DNA from: Verrucomicrobiota bacterium
Lineage (GTDB): Bacteria > Verrucomicrobiota > Verrucomicrobiia > Opitutales > JABDGR01
Direction: 5' to 3'
DNA: 64,000 nt
Assembly (NCBI GenBank): GCA_013285985.1
Contig: JABDGR010000001.1
Location: 67-64,066 of the forward strand
Below the pieces are notes generated by a model. It was not told where the DNA came from, ran no database searches, and worked only from the letters and a program-made list of their open reading frames with translations. Shown here piece by piece: positions 15,001 to 21,836 of the stretch (position 1 is the first letter of the stretch; every line of letters begins with the position of its first letter). The position numbers and the translations under genes were made by a program.

Positions 15001-18000
15001 CACCGACACCCCACCCCCGCCCGCCAGTGCGCGTGCCGACAGCACCACATCATTGCTGTTCGTGATGAAGGACACACAGCCCGAGCCGATGCCGGTCGTG
15101 GTGTTCATTACTGCACTGACGTCCGTGGTGGTTCCCGGCGCCCAAATCAGGGCCGCATTGTTGACCGTGACGCTGGCGTTCGCCGGGTTGCCGAACACAT
15201 TATTCGAATTGAAATTGATGCCGCCACCACCGCTGATGGTGGTTGTGCCGTTGTAGGTGTTGGTACCCGTCAGGGTCAGGATGCCGGTGCCCACTTTGGT
15301 GAAGCTGCCGGACACCACGTTGGTGTCGGTCAAGGCGCCCGTGTAGGTCGTATTCGCGTTGTTCAGGCCGACCGTGAGGTTCATCGCGGCGTTGGAGGCG
15401 TTGGACAAGTCGATGTTGTTGCTTCCGCTCAAGCCACCCAGGGTCGCATTCGTCAGCGCCAGGAAGCTGACATTGCCATCACCTATGTTGGTCTGCAGAG
15501 TGCTATTGGCCAGCGCGAGGTTACTGCCCAGGAACAACGTACCGCCGCTGTTGACCACAGTGACGCCGTTAAAGGTGTTATTGCCCGACAGCGTCAAGTT
15601 ACCCACGCCGGTCTTGGTCAATCCGCCCGTGCCGGACAGTATGGCCGAGATCGTCTCATCGCTCGTGTTCGTGTCCAGCGTGCTCGTGCCGCCATTGATG
15701 AAATTGGTGGAGAGCGTCCCACCGGCATTGGAGCTGACGTTGGCAATGGGGGCAAACATGTTGCCCGAACCGGCCGCAATGGTCACCATCGAGGCGAGGG
15801 TCGTGTTGCCTTGGAGTAAGGCGAGGAGTTGCTGCCCGGTGGTGGTGACGGTGCCGTTGGTGGTGGCCAGTTGCACATTAATCGTGGTGCCGCTGATGCT
15901 CAGGCCCAGGGATTGGTTGCCCGAACCGGTGCCGTTGGCAAACGTGGCATTGCCGATCAGGTTGAGGAGGAGATTGTTGCCATTCGCAGCGTAGACCGTG
16001 CTGTTGGTTCCGATAGCCGTCAGGTTGATGACGTTATTGAAGTTGCTGGACGAGACGCCGTTCGCGAGGAGGTTGTTAATGATGCTGGCCGTGGCATTGC
16101 CGATGGTCAGGTTCGAATTCAACTGGCTGGAAATGTTTGTCTGCGTGTTGACGGCCCATTGCAGAGTGCCGCCCAGCAAGGTGACATTGCCCGTGCCCAA
16201 GGCTTGCAGGCTGTTGAAGTTAAGTATGCCGCCATTAACGATGACGCCGCCCGAGAATGTGTTGTTGGCCACCAATGACAACGTGCCGGTGTCCACCTTC
16301 ATCAAAGATCCATTGCCGGAGAGCGACGAGGCGAATTGGACGTTGCTGCCATTCGTGTCGAAAACGTCGTTGCCCGAATTCGGCGAAATATTGCCCACCA
16401 AGCCGCCGAACTTGCCATTGATCTGGCCCGAGATGTCCTCGTTCGTTCCCGACGCCCATTGCAGGCCGCCGTTCAGCAGGGTAATATTGCCCGAGCCAAA
16501 ATTCGTCGGCGAATTGAAGTTAATCAGCCCGCCATTGGCCACCGTGCCACCGGAATAGATGCTGGTGCCGGTCAGCGTCAAAATGCCCGTGCCCGACTTG
16601 ATTAGATTACCCGAGCCGAAAAGCTGGCCGCCGTACGTCGAATTCTGCGAGCCCTGAATGACCAGGCTGATGGGGTTGCCGGTGGCGGGATTCGTCAGCG
16701 CAAAGGGCAAAATGCTGGTCAAACCACCGAGGCGCACGACGGGCTGGGTGCCATAATTGATGGTGCCGTTTTGGTAGACCAAGGTCGCGTTCTGCAGCTC
16801 ATTTTCCGTGGCGCTGATGTCGAGGGTGCCGCCGGTGAGGGTAACATTGCCATTAAAAGTGTTGTTGTTAGGATTGTTAAATTTGACTGTGTTGTTGCCC
16901 GCGGCGGTGCCGCCCGCCAGCGCAGTCGCAGTCAGGTTTGCCAGCGCTATGGTCCCATTGCCGGTGTTGGCGGAGGGGCCGGCCTCCAGCGTCACCGTGG
17001 CATTGGCCAGGAGCGCCGTACCGTTGGCCCCCAAGCTTCCATTGCCCAACGCGGTCAAAAATAGTGACGCGGTTGTGGTGGGTGTACCACTGGTAGTGGC
17101 TAGATTGATCGTAAAGGTCGTCACCGCGCCGACGGTAGAGCACGAAATCGAAAGCGGAACGGTGCCCGTATTAATCACATAGGCAATTTTTATGTTGTTG
17201 CCCACCGTGCCCGGCGTCACCGAGGTGAACGTCAGGCCGCTCTGCCCGGTCGTCCCCGACGTGGCGTTGGCAAAGCCCGTGTTCAACGCCGCGGTAGCAC
17301 CGGGGGTGGCACCGTTCAGGGTGATGTTGCCCGAACCGGAAATGACGCCGGAGAAAGTCACCGAGCCGTTTTCACTGACCGTCATGTTCGCGTTGTCCAC
17401 AATGGCATAGTCCACGGTGGAGTTGCTGGTGTTCGCATAACTGCCCGTTGTAAAGTTGCCGTATTGCAACGTGCCGCCGTTAATGAACATGGTGCCCAAG
17501 CTCACGAGGGAGCCGTTGGAATTCGCGCTCTTCAGCGTGAAGTTTCCATCAGCCAGGGTCAGGGTGCCAAGGCCGGCCTTGATGATGTCAACCGTAGTGA
17601 AAGAACCGGCGGTGTTGGTGCTTACAACACCGGCGGTCATGGGATTCGCCGCAAAGGTGATGTTGTTGCCGTTCGTGTCGAAAGTATTAAAGATGGTGGT
17701 GTTGGCCTGAATGTTGCCGGTGGTTCCGACCGAGCCGCCGATGCTGGCGCCGGACATGCGGAGGGAAAGGTCCCCGTTATCCCCCGGAACCGTATTGGAA
17801 AAGCCGGTCGCCGGATTAATATAGTTGGGCGCCCATTGCAAGGTGCCGCCATCCATCTGGATGGCGGGCAGCGTGCCCGCCGAGGTGGGACCGCCAAAAT
17901 TATTCAATTGGTTAAAATCAATCGTGCCGCCGCTGCTGAACAGGGTCGCGCCGGTGGTGGCGTTGGTGTTCGTCGGCGTAATGGTGGTGGTGCCGCTGAA

Positions 18001-19800
18001 GGTGTTGTTGCCCGTCAGGGTCAGGGTGCCCGTCCCGGTCTTGATCAAGGTGCCGATGGCCGAGGTGTTGGCATTATTACCCGTCAACACGCCGCTATAG
18101 GTTGTGTTCTGGCTGTTCGTCCCGATGGTGTAGGCGACGGACTGCTGCCCGTTGAAGGTCAGTGCGAGGTTTTGGTTGCCGTTCAAGCCACCCAGGGTGA
18201 CGTTGGTAATCGTGGCCGCGCTCAAGGCGATGGCGCCGCCCGGGGTGACATAGTTCAGCGTCGCGTTCTGCAACGAAAGATTGGTGCCCAGGGTCAGGAC
18301 GAGGCCGGAGGCAATGTTCACCGTGCCGCTAAAGGTATTCGTCGCATTGAACTCCGTGCCGTTGACGGCCGCACTGCCGTTGACGATATTAATGATGCCA
18401 TTGCCGGAGATCGCGCCGCCAAAGACCACTGCATCCGCCGTGCTCTCATTGATGGTTAACACACCGTTATCGACGATGGCACCTCCGATGTTCACTTTAC
18501 CACCCGAGATGTTACCGCCGCCAACCGTGCCAAAATTGCTGGTGCTGCTTCCGCCAGTGCCCAGTTGCAGTGTGCCGCCCGCATTAATGGTCGTTGACCC
18601 AGTGTAATTGTTCAGGGTCGCGTTTACTGCTGCCGCCGAGCCCGTGAAAATCACCGTGTCCGGGGCAACCAGGGTCACCGCACCAGCACCGGTAATGTGG
18701 TTCGTAAACGTGGTGTTACCCGCCTGGTCGAACGTCAGCGTGCCGCCGTCATTCACGTTGCCGGTTAACGTGGCATTATTCGTAAAGTTGCCCAACTGGA
18801 CGGTGCCGGCGCTGATGACCAGGGTGGTGCCGTTGGCGGTCGACGTGCCAAAGTTATCCGTGCCAACCAGGATGATGCGGCCGTTGCTGCCCGCCTTGGT
18901 CAGGAGCCCCTGGCCAACCACATTGTTCAAGGTCAGGTTGGTGCCGTTGTCGGTGAAGGTCGAGTTGGCGGTAATGTTCACCCCGCTGTTAAAGGTCATC
19001 GTGTTGTTGCCCGTGCCCGCGTAGACGAAGTTGTTCTGGACGATTACCGGGGTCGAAAGCACGATCGCCGTGTTGCCGCTGTTGTTGATGTTGCCGCCGG
19101 TGATGACCAGGTTACCCGCACCCGCCGCCCCGTTGTTGTTCAGGAACAGCGTGCCCGAGTTGAAAGTCAGATTGCCGCCGAAGGTATTCACTCCCGAGAG
19201 CACCACCGTGCCGATGCTCGTGTTGGTGCCGCCGATTTCCAGGCCGAAATGGCTGCCGCCATCGCTGATGATCCCGGTCACGTTCAGCGTGGTCGAAGTG
19301 CCGGAAACCCATTGCTGCGTCGCCGCCAACACCACGTTCGCCGCCAGGTTCAGGTTTTGCGTCGAGTTGCTCAAATCAATGCCGATGGGGGTGGTCGTGT
19401 CCAGCAGGGGCCCGGTTTGAAACCCGGTTGCGAGGCCGGCGAGTGTCAGGTTCGCGGTCAGATTGCTCAGATTGGGCGCAATGGTGACGGTGCCCTGCGG
19501 ATTCAGAAGCTGGATTGCGCCGAACGTGACCCCGTTGCCCACCGTCACGGTCGTGTTGAACGATTCGACGGTTCCGTTCCAAATTCCCAAGTCAGTCGCG
19601 GTCGGCGTGGTGTCGCCGCCGACGCCGGGAATCCAACTCGTGGCCGTGTCGAGCGCGGCGTTGGTGTCCGCCTTGAAGATGGTGTTTTGCGCGTGGACGC
19701 CGGGGGGCGCGAACAACGCGGCCAGCAGGGCGGCCAAAACAAAGGTGGTCCCGAGCCGGAGTTTGTTCCGGCGGTGGTAGGTTTGGAGGGGGACGTTCAT
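1..19800 (-). CDS. Giant (>6600 aa, 3' end beyond window) secreted beta-helix protein with autotransporter-associated beta-strand repeats; probable adhesin/surface protein
   Basis: ATG at 19800 gives MNVPLQTYHRRNKLRLGTTFVLAALLAALFAPPGVHA-QNTIFK (signal peptide). The same frame was read by hand at 17300-16860, 14820-14040, 5460-5100 and 90-1 (...NGIQVTPTAPGVANLTFPNFAGTG) without a stop. Many GxGxLxKxGxGTLTLxGxNTYTGxTxIxxGTL repeats. Absence from the ORF track fits a frame with no stop in the window. Confidence 0.93.
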   Translation of the reverse strand, partial: MNVPLQTYHRRNKLRLGTTFVLAALLAALFAPPGVHAQNTIFKADTNAALDTATSWIPGVGGDTTPTATDLGIWNGTVESFNTTVTVGNGVTFGAIQLLNPQGTVTIAPNLSNLTANLTLAGLATGFQTGPLLDTTTPIGIDLSNSTQNLNLAANVVLAATQQWVSGTSTTLNVTGIISDGGSHFGLEIGGTNTSIGTVVLSGVNTFGGNLTFNSGTLFLNNNGAAGAGNLVITGGNINNSGNTAIVLSTPVIVQNNFVYAGTGNNTMTFNSGVNITANSTFTDNGTNLTLNNVVGQGLLTKAGSNGRIILVGTDNFGTSTANGTTLVISAGTVQLGNFTNNATLTGNVNDGGTLTFDQAGNTTFTNHITGAGAVTLVAPDTVIFTGSAAAVNATLNNYTGSTTINAGGTLQLGTGGSSTSNFGTVGGGNISGGKVNIGGAIVDNGVLTINESTADAVVFGGAISGNGIINIVNGSAAVNGTEFNATNTFSGTVNIASGLVLTLGTNLSLQNATLNYVTPGGAIALSAATITNVTLGGLNGNQNLALTFNGQQSVAYTIGTNSQNTTYSGVLTGNNANTSAIGTLIKTGTGTLTLTGNNTFSGTTTITPTNTNATTGATLFSSGGTIDFNQLNNFGGPTSAGTLPAIQMDGGTLQWAPNYINPATGFSNTVPGDNGDLSLRMSGASIGGSVGTTGNIQANTTIFNTFDTNGNNITFAANPMTAGVVSTNTAGSFTTVDIIKAGLGTLTLADGNFTLKSANSNGSLVSLGTMFINGGTLQYGNFTTGSYANTSNSTVDYAIVDNANMTVSENGSVTFSGVISGSGNITLNGATPGATAALNTGFANATSGTTGQSGLTFTSVTPGTVGNNIKIAYVINTGTVPLSISCSTVGAVTTFTINLATTSGTPTTTASLFLTALGNGSLGANGTALLANATVTLEAGPSANTGNGTIALANLTATALAGGTAAGNNTVKFNNPNNNTFNGNVTLTGGTLDISATENELQNATLVYQNGTINYGTQPVVRLGGLTSILPFALTNPATGNPISLVIQGSQNSTYGGQLFGSGNLIKSGTGILTLTGTSIYSGGTVANGGLINFNSPTNFGSGNITLLNGGLQWASGTNEDISGQINGKFGGLVGNISPNSGNDVFDTNGSNVQFASSLSGNGSLMKVDTGTLSLVANNTFSGGVIVNGGILNFNSLQALGTGNVTLLGGTLQWAVNTQTNISSQLNSNLTIGNATASIINNLLANGVSSSNFNNVINLTAIGTNSTVYAANGNNLLLNLIGNATFANGTGSGNQSLGLSISGTTINVQLATTNGTVTTTGQQLLALLQGNTTLASMVTIAAGSGNMFAPIANVSSNAGGTLSTNFINGGTSTLDTNTSDETISAILSGTGGLTKTGVGNLTLSGNNTFNGVTVVNSGGTLFLGSNLALANSTLQTNIGDGNVSFLALTNATLGGLSGSNNIDLSNASNAAMNLTVGLNNANTTYTGALTDTNVVSGSFTKVGTGILTLTGTNTYNGTTTISGGGGINFNSNNVFGNPANASVTVNNAALIWAPGTTTDVSAVMNTTTGIGSGCVSFITNSNDVVLSARALAGGGGVSVVGGNGSVTYTQTETYTGDTSILSGTLKLGNITNAGSIAGNILDDGDLVFNEPSATTYSKAITGSGNVEVNQGTPASIITNPGSNTNIIYRSQAIGTAGNGIQVAYVAPTFAYLANQPVTVAFGSNTLTVTLGTDNTGTAANLTTTFGNNADVTFTANSTAWFGQQGSNIAIVYSSANANNPTANLSITSNTITVNLATSGGVITSNSSSIVTLINTNPTAAAFVTASLPVGSTGAGNVSALTSTALAGGTNPNFSNAAAVVAAINGNATSNATVIAGIGSGSDGTGVLSATGGSPFTLGNGAAPAQSTLTLSGVNSYTGVTNVDAGTLVLGNPQALQNSILGLNSGAGNFSFGTQTSATMGGLSGNGSLALVTQAGDNPVTLTLGQGGASSTFSGTISGNIGNGSGSLIKVGAGTLTLSGNNTYAGGTVVEGGLIDFNSLKNFGNGPANSLTLLGGGIQWAPNTATDLSSILNPVLNSGPTSDLNTLDSNGNNVQVTTPFSGVGGIIKVGSGCVTLLGNNVYLGPTIISAGTLQLGNGATNGQLSFSALTDNSLLVFREGTDSVLTTVLSGLGALTQAGSTNLTLTNVNTFTGNTTITAGSLVIANSLALQNSTISYSNGTPVGNLIFGNVSTPITAATLGGLSGNRDLILQEGSLYAGSGVALTVGANNNSTTYSGNLSGTGGSLIKVGTGTLTLGNTSVLSGTGNNTYTGGTVMDNGVLVINSTAAATTNANLTIGSGGITWNGGTIQTVSGGLFDITGSCITVGNFINATATPVLTLNLTPSGAGIVLATPITGGNQTLNIQDFKSTVTITANETFTGQLIVTTNGTSNATANATTLSLGNASVGTGVGVAGNLAGSIQVGANNTTLIFNEPGTAGSKFVFNANISSSATPTNGTTGFLTQNSLPDLDLGGTSTFNGTVSINAGAGNIILDNPLALGNATFNSVNTGSQLEFGGGALGNPQLGALSGAENFTLKDLNGNVVTLTVGNNGSNFTYTGILTGAGGSLNKIGGGCMTIVGAQTYSGPTGFGAGTLQLGNGTNLGSVASTSFNGSGILDFDGTASTQTLGTSGTPVTIVGVGGQLIVNGTSGYVVNFTGDASGMTGTTTVAKNNSLQLNNSVSVAITNPVTQVVTVSNFAPLGGAISDAGTLILAIPGTNTISNAISSNGSLNITAGTDTFTANNSFNGTVNIGNGATAILGSPLAFFNATVNITNLVATNNGTLSFAGLPAGTTSANIGALSGNENLDISNLNFNVGFVASTTYSGVLSSSNGQANLTMTGNNTSFTLTSPQTYNGTTTVINGSLILGNQTQNPATLLSTSTGCITVTSNGSVNSTLTFNGTNAAATFSQVVIGNGGIVVGGKSGQILTINSTQLYTGATNVSANNQLTIGDGATGSIASGSTFNDSGTINFNQPAGQQIITNNWTGAGSLALLGVSNIDLTPTTTSLNGTVTIAQGANLTLGTNIALQNATLNITLLNAATNGSFSFGSLTNASIGGLTGNVNLALSNNVSAPVALTIGNTPTATSNYNGTLTGSAVITKAGSNNQAFSGNLDTTGGVNINGGTLTLNGTTSNGFTGNVIVTGASVNFTINGAFGNSTNSAPQATNQLELNGGTLVFGATTLDPTNSATGVPNLLATNGLLGGTNIFSLGANSTTISGNIGGLGNLTVSTSGVGVLTLAGMGTFTGFTNISTGTLTLANTSALGGSTFNATTGKLLFGTPTAYTFGGLSGTVANGSALTLTSSGGSAVTLTIGNNNQSTTFTGLINSTAASNAANLVKIGTGTLTLAQGANASNISIPNAFLGTTTINGGFIDFSTLGVFGSNTTANTTAHPLGTTGAEITLSGGGLQWATGAIIDMTRDVVLGGSSTTLDSFDTNGNNEQLSYNLLNGSGVFGKAGNGTLTITQPETWTGTSGGAGTVISGGTLQIGNGTLLGGTGTNTTVPSLPTTGILDNANLSIVAGSAQTISSVISGTGNLTINGTNVGRASLDTSNVLGAGVANGNLTFTAVAPGTGNIPQINFVAGSGANIPTSVAVTGNQIVVTLGTNGSSVVNATAAQVLNLLVNNSTVSALVNVQLGFGDNAGALGGAAVVGTFTNGLTPLTGGTAGTTTVTLSGTNTFNGTTNIAAGTLALGSNLALQNSTLSYNVGNGNLSFGLLNNASLGGLTGTKDISLNVTNPVALTVGNNNSSTTYTGNLTGTGGSLIKAGTGILTLRGTADSYTAGTSITGGLINFNNLNEFGTGTITLGGGGVQFAVGTITDISPNLSLASGLDTIDTNILNNITFNTGLHGGGTLVKAGGGTLNFAVQNFYTGGTVINNGLINWGSLTDFGTGLVTLAGGGLQWGSLNTLDISPIISSLNLGNDTFDTGANTVTLGTAMPGTGTLVKAGSGTLILANNTVQGYNGSTIITAGTLQLGNGTSNGTFNQGQNSFSNVVDNGTLLFNENESLQFNGTISGTGNLTQSGSGNTLTLAVNNTFNGTTTITAGTLLLGANLALQNSTLNYITGGNLSFGTLVNATLGGLSGTKTLDLENSGNVGEALIVGANNANTTYSGALTDNASLHLIGSGSLTKIGSGMLTLSGTNTYTGNTTLNGGTLNLDSAGALAPTGVLVVNNGTLVNGLGGTFSIANPTNLSGNVNFNQGNFLFTSASSDTLGTNTTVTLNGTTVTMNGTVNQSGNGETLSVAGAGTFAFTGAANLSSNLNAAHLLVTGNVVNLNIGTGGLVTVNSTGNLGFASIATTPGDNITVTLSGSGQYISNLELALGNIGAALGTTNTTLNIGGTANLTANDLNLSKGTTQDDPTDLSISKVVQTGGNVVLTGNGVGLPGSGNATNPVNYTLILGDQSKMTLGSAKASYALDGGNLTTIGIIAANLGTTVNSSATLILGGGNLIAAGNNPNFITGLTSIIDTSGGGAVFNTNGFNITLSQNLVHDSTLGGSVDGGLTKLGTGMLTLGTNQVDTYTGNTTINAGTLGVSADAAFGGNVASTILFNGTSTLQANGNFTLTKTRIISLAGGVTGTVNTSVNNVTFGGLITGTGGLTVTGNGTLQLFGFNNYTGTTTVNSGTLLLNFNSPGAPATNIIGNGVSPTNLVLNGPGTLAVQGIVVPGQTNSQTFASTTVNGGTGIANVTLAGAASGAGPILNLNFGTMSRTTGGLLYLSDAGSDASLSTNLPSVVAGTGVSGNNNLTFVANSTNEVGAQGNGITISYVNPGANNAAANLSITGTNIIVNLSTDSSGNLIASNNQASVILGLFNSNVTAENLVTASLTNPQVNSGLGSVTTLSTVNLTGGVNVTTGTLTFQASSNATLSHTPVANANGTPFVVLNTLTSTDWGAYASSSGTSSIVAMAGTGGYTNVNAVTQLTNSVHNANVTTITDPGTPVTASNLQLSTLSFLQATGDVSLNGAVTVSVGGILVSPSMGSNNVNLTGMNYQPLAAGDDILIVENDTSNNEGLLIDSGRITGTTTNLVKAGAGLVLFGDDPTNSETPFGGATFLDQGVITLFSPGANNNAPNKFLSNSIINFQGGGLTAADSDTYLGGFAGSANNPDSLGAVTIHLTPASNANPVYSGSLTGLNLSIEGPGSQTLTGSVAGFTGGVFLNGGTLNVGSATVFSNGSVATNLYLQGGGLDNTSGANMTLTAPAFTIVNGGVVFGNVSTASNLSLGTGNYALIGDSTFNIVNPSSTLTIAGVIAGNFNNDGISVDTNSISGFYPSFNSNNTLIKTGPGTLVLSANNANVTSNVAVTNGIPSEGFVGNIVVLGGNLSFGVLANGAVTDNTLGGGNTATGTSGNLTFNGTVGTITLAGGTLNSAANLSQSGGALNPLANLTLNANRTIDAGNASTAVGSINIGSNLTMTYGGNIVNGAGAVAGAVALIGNGTLLITGNTNTMGGGFVINSGTLDVNVNITNTTTSLPSPNFSDGAFGSASAPLTFSGSGTLLTGNAIDLQSGHNVVVGTGVTGTLNVTNALTFEGNIIGPGVSGAGGGGLIKIGNATLTLNGTNNVYVGGFTLSAGTLDFLSATALGSGTFTINGGSFDNTAVTSLTLSVPLVINNGFTYLGSAEGLSFGTSTVTLNTTPNIVVANNTLTMDGIVSGSFGLTKSGAGTLQLGGANSYTGTTSVLGGTLTLDHTQASAPQNNMLNAGATLVLDGGNLTILGKSNTTNTESVSNTTLAGGAILSLTNNGSGTGGSAGVLTMNLSTLTRNPGGALELVTNSVSGANSANVNAVAIPQSPAGSMITDFITGAPYVIVNGIDFGARSASGNFIVPYSTVATDPAHPYFGDQPADATTVLGGSLGGLGVNTDIPGSNTNAINASGSFTLNTLRFSHPNGGNGNTLNLGSNVLAVNGILVTSGVVGDATINNVNILNGTLEAGTAGGELFIATYATNTGAGNTGPVNTTINSTIVDNGGKPSSLTMFGNGSLVLDGVNTFSGTLFDAGGNLTLNSNGSSNSQAAQNATLDVDNQGGNFLFGPNIVTANIGGLIGNGTLNLMNTNGPSNAPTPQPVTLNFGPPAGVFDVFGGSLTGTGGVVINGPGQQTLSGVSSFSGGVILNGGTLSIGGGAGSTALGTGNFTINAGNIDAPAGNTSLTSVPVTLNTSLLNYVGTGNLSLGTGNFTFGGNSSIPNDFNFNVAANTLTIGGAMLGTSNIGKSGPGTLVLGGNSSNLTTSNITSWTISGGVVSISSNTALGPSPATSGNLTGNTGAYHFVNLTGSGNGTVNASNTLQYYDFNGNLQTLNSATIGTLQATASVAMGENASINIQGNGIINVVTGATMDLTENNSTLGDITPLQGSGNLFKTGGGVLGVGGTPLSTGTTVVNSTFTGNIYLLAGSLGPDQSTTLSGNIWGQAGSTFVFMEGNGVTNFYASNGASDATSYILTPSPISSNNTSIFQNPPGGQNGSITGQIRSTDSNVTLELLLTSTGTLSVNGNMTGFNGTVALDIPTAVSTNIRPQTGTGALGGNATTTYNGNSVSPNGAVVNGIQVTPTAPGVANLTFPNFAGTG

Positions 19801-20542
19801 ATCGCGGTGAGCTTGCGAGGTTGAATTATTCGCCTTCGGATTCCTTGCCGCCACTTGACGTGGCGTAAAAAATTCGGGGCGGGAGTTTTTTATTTTTAAA
19901 GGGAAGGGGTAAGGGGGAAAATCTATTCGCGGCTCGATTTCACACTCGGCTCAACGCGCTTGCACCGGGGAAAATCCGCCGCAGCAGGGGGATTTCCCGA
20001 GGGAAGACAGCAGGCGTGTCACGAATTGGAAACGGGCATTCATCGGCGTAATAATCGTTATTAGCGGACGGGGTAAAGCGGTGGGGTGATGAGGGCTGAA
20101 CGCGGCATTCCCGTAATCCGTTTGGGAACACTCGCGTTGTGGGGTGGAGGTAGTTCTTCCGCAGCTAGGTTCCATTATTGTAAAAAAATTGTAGGCTGCA
20201 ACAGTATTCTTCGTTTTTTTTGACCTTTTTTTCAGAGCGAAAACGGCCCTTGCCAGCCCCTCCCCAAAATTGAGCCTTTTTGCCCACATAATAACGTTAA
20301 ATAAAATAGGTAAATGCCCATTTGCTCACAATTCCGATCACTCTCAACTCGTTGGCAATGAGAGCAACCGCCGGGTTATTCACATTTTTGGCACATATTT
20401 GGTCGATTTTACGCCTACTAGGTTTCGCCTTATTCGCATGGGTATAAATACCCAGACAAAAATGGGTGTTTTACCCCATAAACCATCCCCCGACTGCCCA
20501 ATTGACCGGCCGGAGTCAATTTCGTGATTTTTGTTAAACAAT

Positions 20543-20562
20543 AATATTATTATAATAATATT
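20543..20562. promoter_or_regulatory. Perfect 20-bp A/T-only palindrome AATATTATTATAATAATATT in the long upstream region of the giant gene; candidate operator
   Basis: Self-complementary on direct reading; lies in an AT-rich ~860-bp intergenic region. Confidence 0.35.
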
Positions 20563-20664
20563 TTTAATTTTTATTAGGACGAATGCCCCGATCGAAGCAC
20601 AATTTCGAGTTCTCTGAAGCTAACGCATTATAAATTAGGAAAAACACGACCTGATCCCGCCGCT

Positions 20665-21765
20665 TCACCCCCACCCGGCCAGCTCCGACTGGATCGGACC
20701 GGGGCGACGAAATGCATCTGTGTTTAACTCCAAAAGACGCGGCGTCAATCCGGCCTTCCGACAAGCCAGTTCGAACATTCCAGTGAAGGTTTCCGGCCAA
20801 ATTCCTTCGCCGGTCATGCGAGTTCCAAACCGGGCGTCACTTAGGCGGCCAGTCCTGCCGCGCAAATCTTGGAGCCGTTGGACAACCCGCTCTTTTTTGC
20901 CGGGAAACTCGCGGTCAAGCCAGCCGAGGAATAATTCCTTCACGGCGTAGGGCAGCCGCAATACTTGGAAATGGGCGAAGTGTGCCCCGGCGTTGGTGGC
21001 GGCTAAAATCATCTCCGCCATCTCTGCGTCGTTGAGTCCGGGAATGATTGGAGCGAGGTTTACCCCCACCGGCACACCGGCTTCCGCCAGGCGCGAAACC
21101 GTCTCCAATCGTTGCCGGGGCGAGACCGTCCGCGGTTCCATCCGCCGGGCCAAATCCGCATCCAAAGATGTCAGTGATACCAGTACCGCGGCACCGTGCC
21201 AACGCGCCATTTCGGAGAGTATATCCACATCGCGTGTGACCAGCGCATTCTTGGTCACGATGGTCACCGGATTGCGGTAACGCGCCAGCAGTTCCAGGCA
21301 ACGCCGGGTCAGGCTGAACCGGCGCTCGGCTGGCTGGTAGCAATCGGTCACCCCGCTCATGTTGACCCACGCCGGCTCCCAGCGCGGGTGTTCCAAGGCG
21401 GCCTCGAGCAGTGCCGGCGCGCGTTCCTTGACCATGATCTTGGTCTCAAAATCCAGCCCGGAGCTGAAGCCGAGGTATTCGTGGGTTGGCCGGGCGTAAC
21501 AGTAGATACAACCATGTTCGCAACCGCGATAGGGGTTGATGCTCTTACGGAAGGGGATGTCGGGGCTGTTGTTCTCGCTTATAATAGACTGCGAGATATC
21601 GGGGATGAAAACGGTGTCCGTGCGGCGCGGCTCCATGAGCTCCTCGGCAGGCAGTTGGTCCCAATCCGAGGTCGAACTAACAGACTCAAAACGATTGCGC
21701 GGATTATCCTGAGCGCCTCGGCCACGTTTTTGGGCAACAGGAGGAATAATGGGCTTATCCGGCAT
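20665..21765 (-). CDS. PA0069/Rv2578c-family radical SAM protein (SPL-like)
   Basis: SINPYRGCEHGCIYCYARPTHEYLG (CxxxCxxC), GRGAxxNPxNRF N-terminus, TDCYQPAERR. Start chosen at ATG 21765 (MPDKP). Confidence 0.9.
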   Translation of the reverse strand: MPDKPIIPPVAQKRGRGAQDNPRNRFESVSSTSDWDQLPAEELMEPRRTDTVFIPDISQSIISENNSPDIPFRKSINPYRGCEHGCIYCYARPTHEYLGFSSGLDFETKIMVKERAPALLEAALEHPRWEPAWVNMSGVTDCYQPAERRFSLTRRCLELLARYRNPVTIVTKNALVTRDVDILSEMARWHGAAVLVSLTSLDADLARRMEPRTVSPRQRLETVSRLAEAGVPVGVNLAPIIPGLNDAEMAEMILAATNAGAHFAHFQVLRLPYAVKELFLGWLDREFPGKKERVVQRLQDLRGRTGRLSDARFGTRMTGEGIWPETFTGMFELACRKAGLTPRLLELNTDAFRRPGPIQSELAGWG

Positions 21766-21836
21766 AGTGAACATAATAGCACATATTCGTCGCGGTGCAA
21801 ACAAATAGTATCACGGCAAAAAACGCCCTCCTCCTT

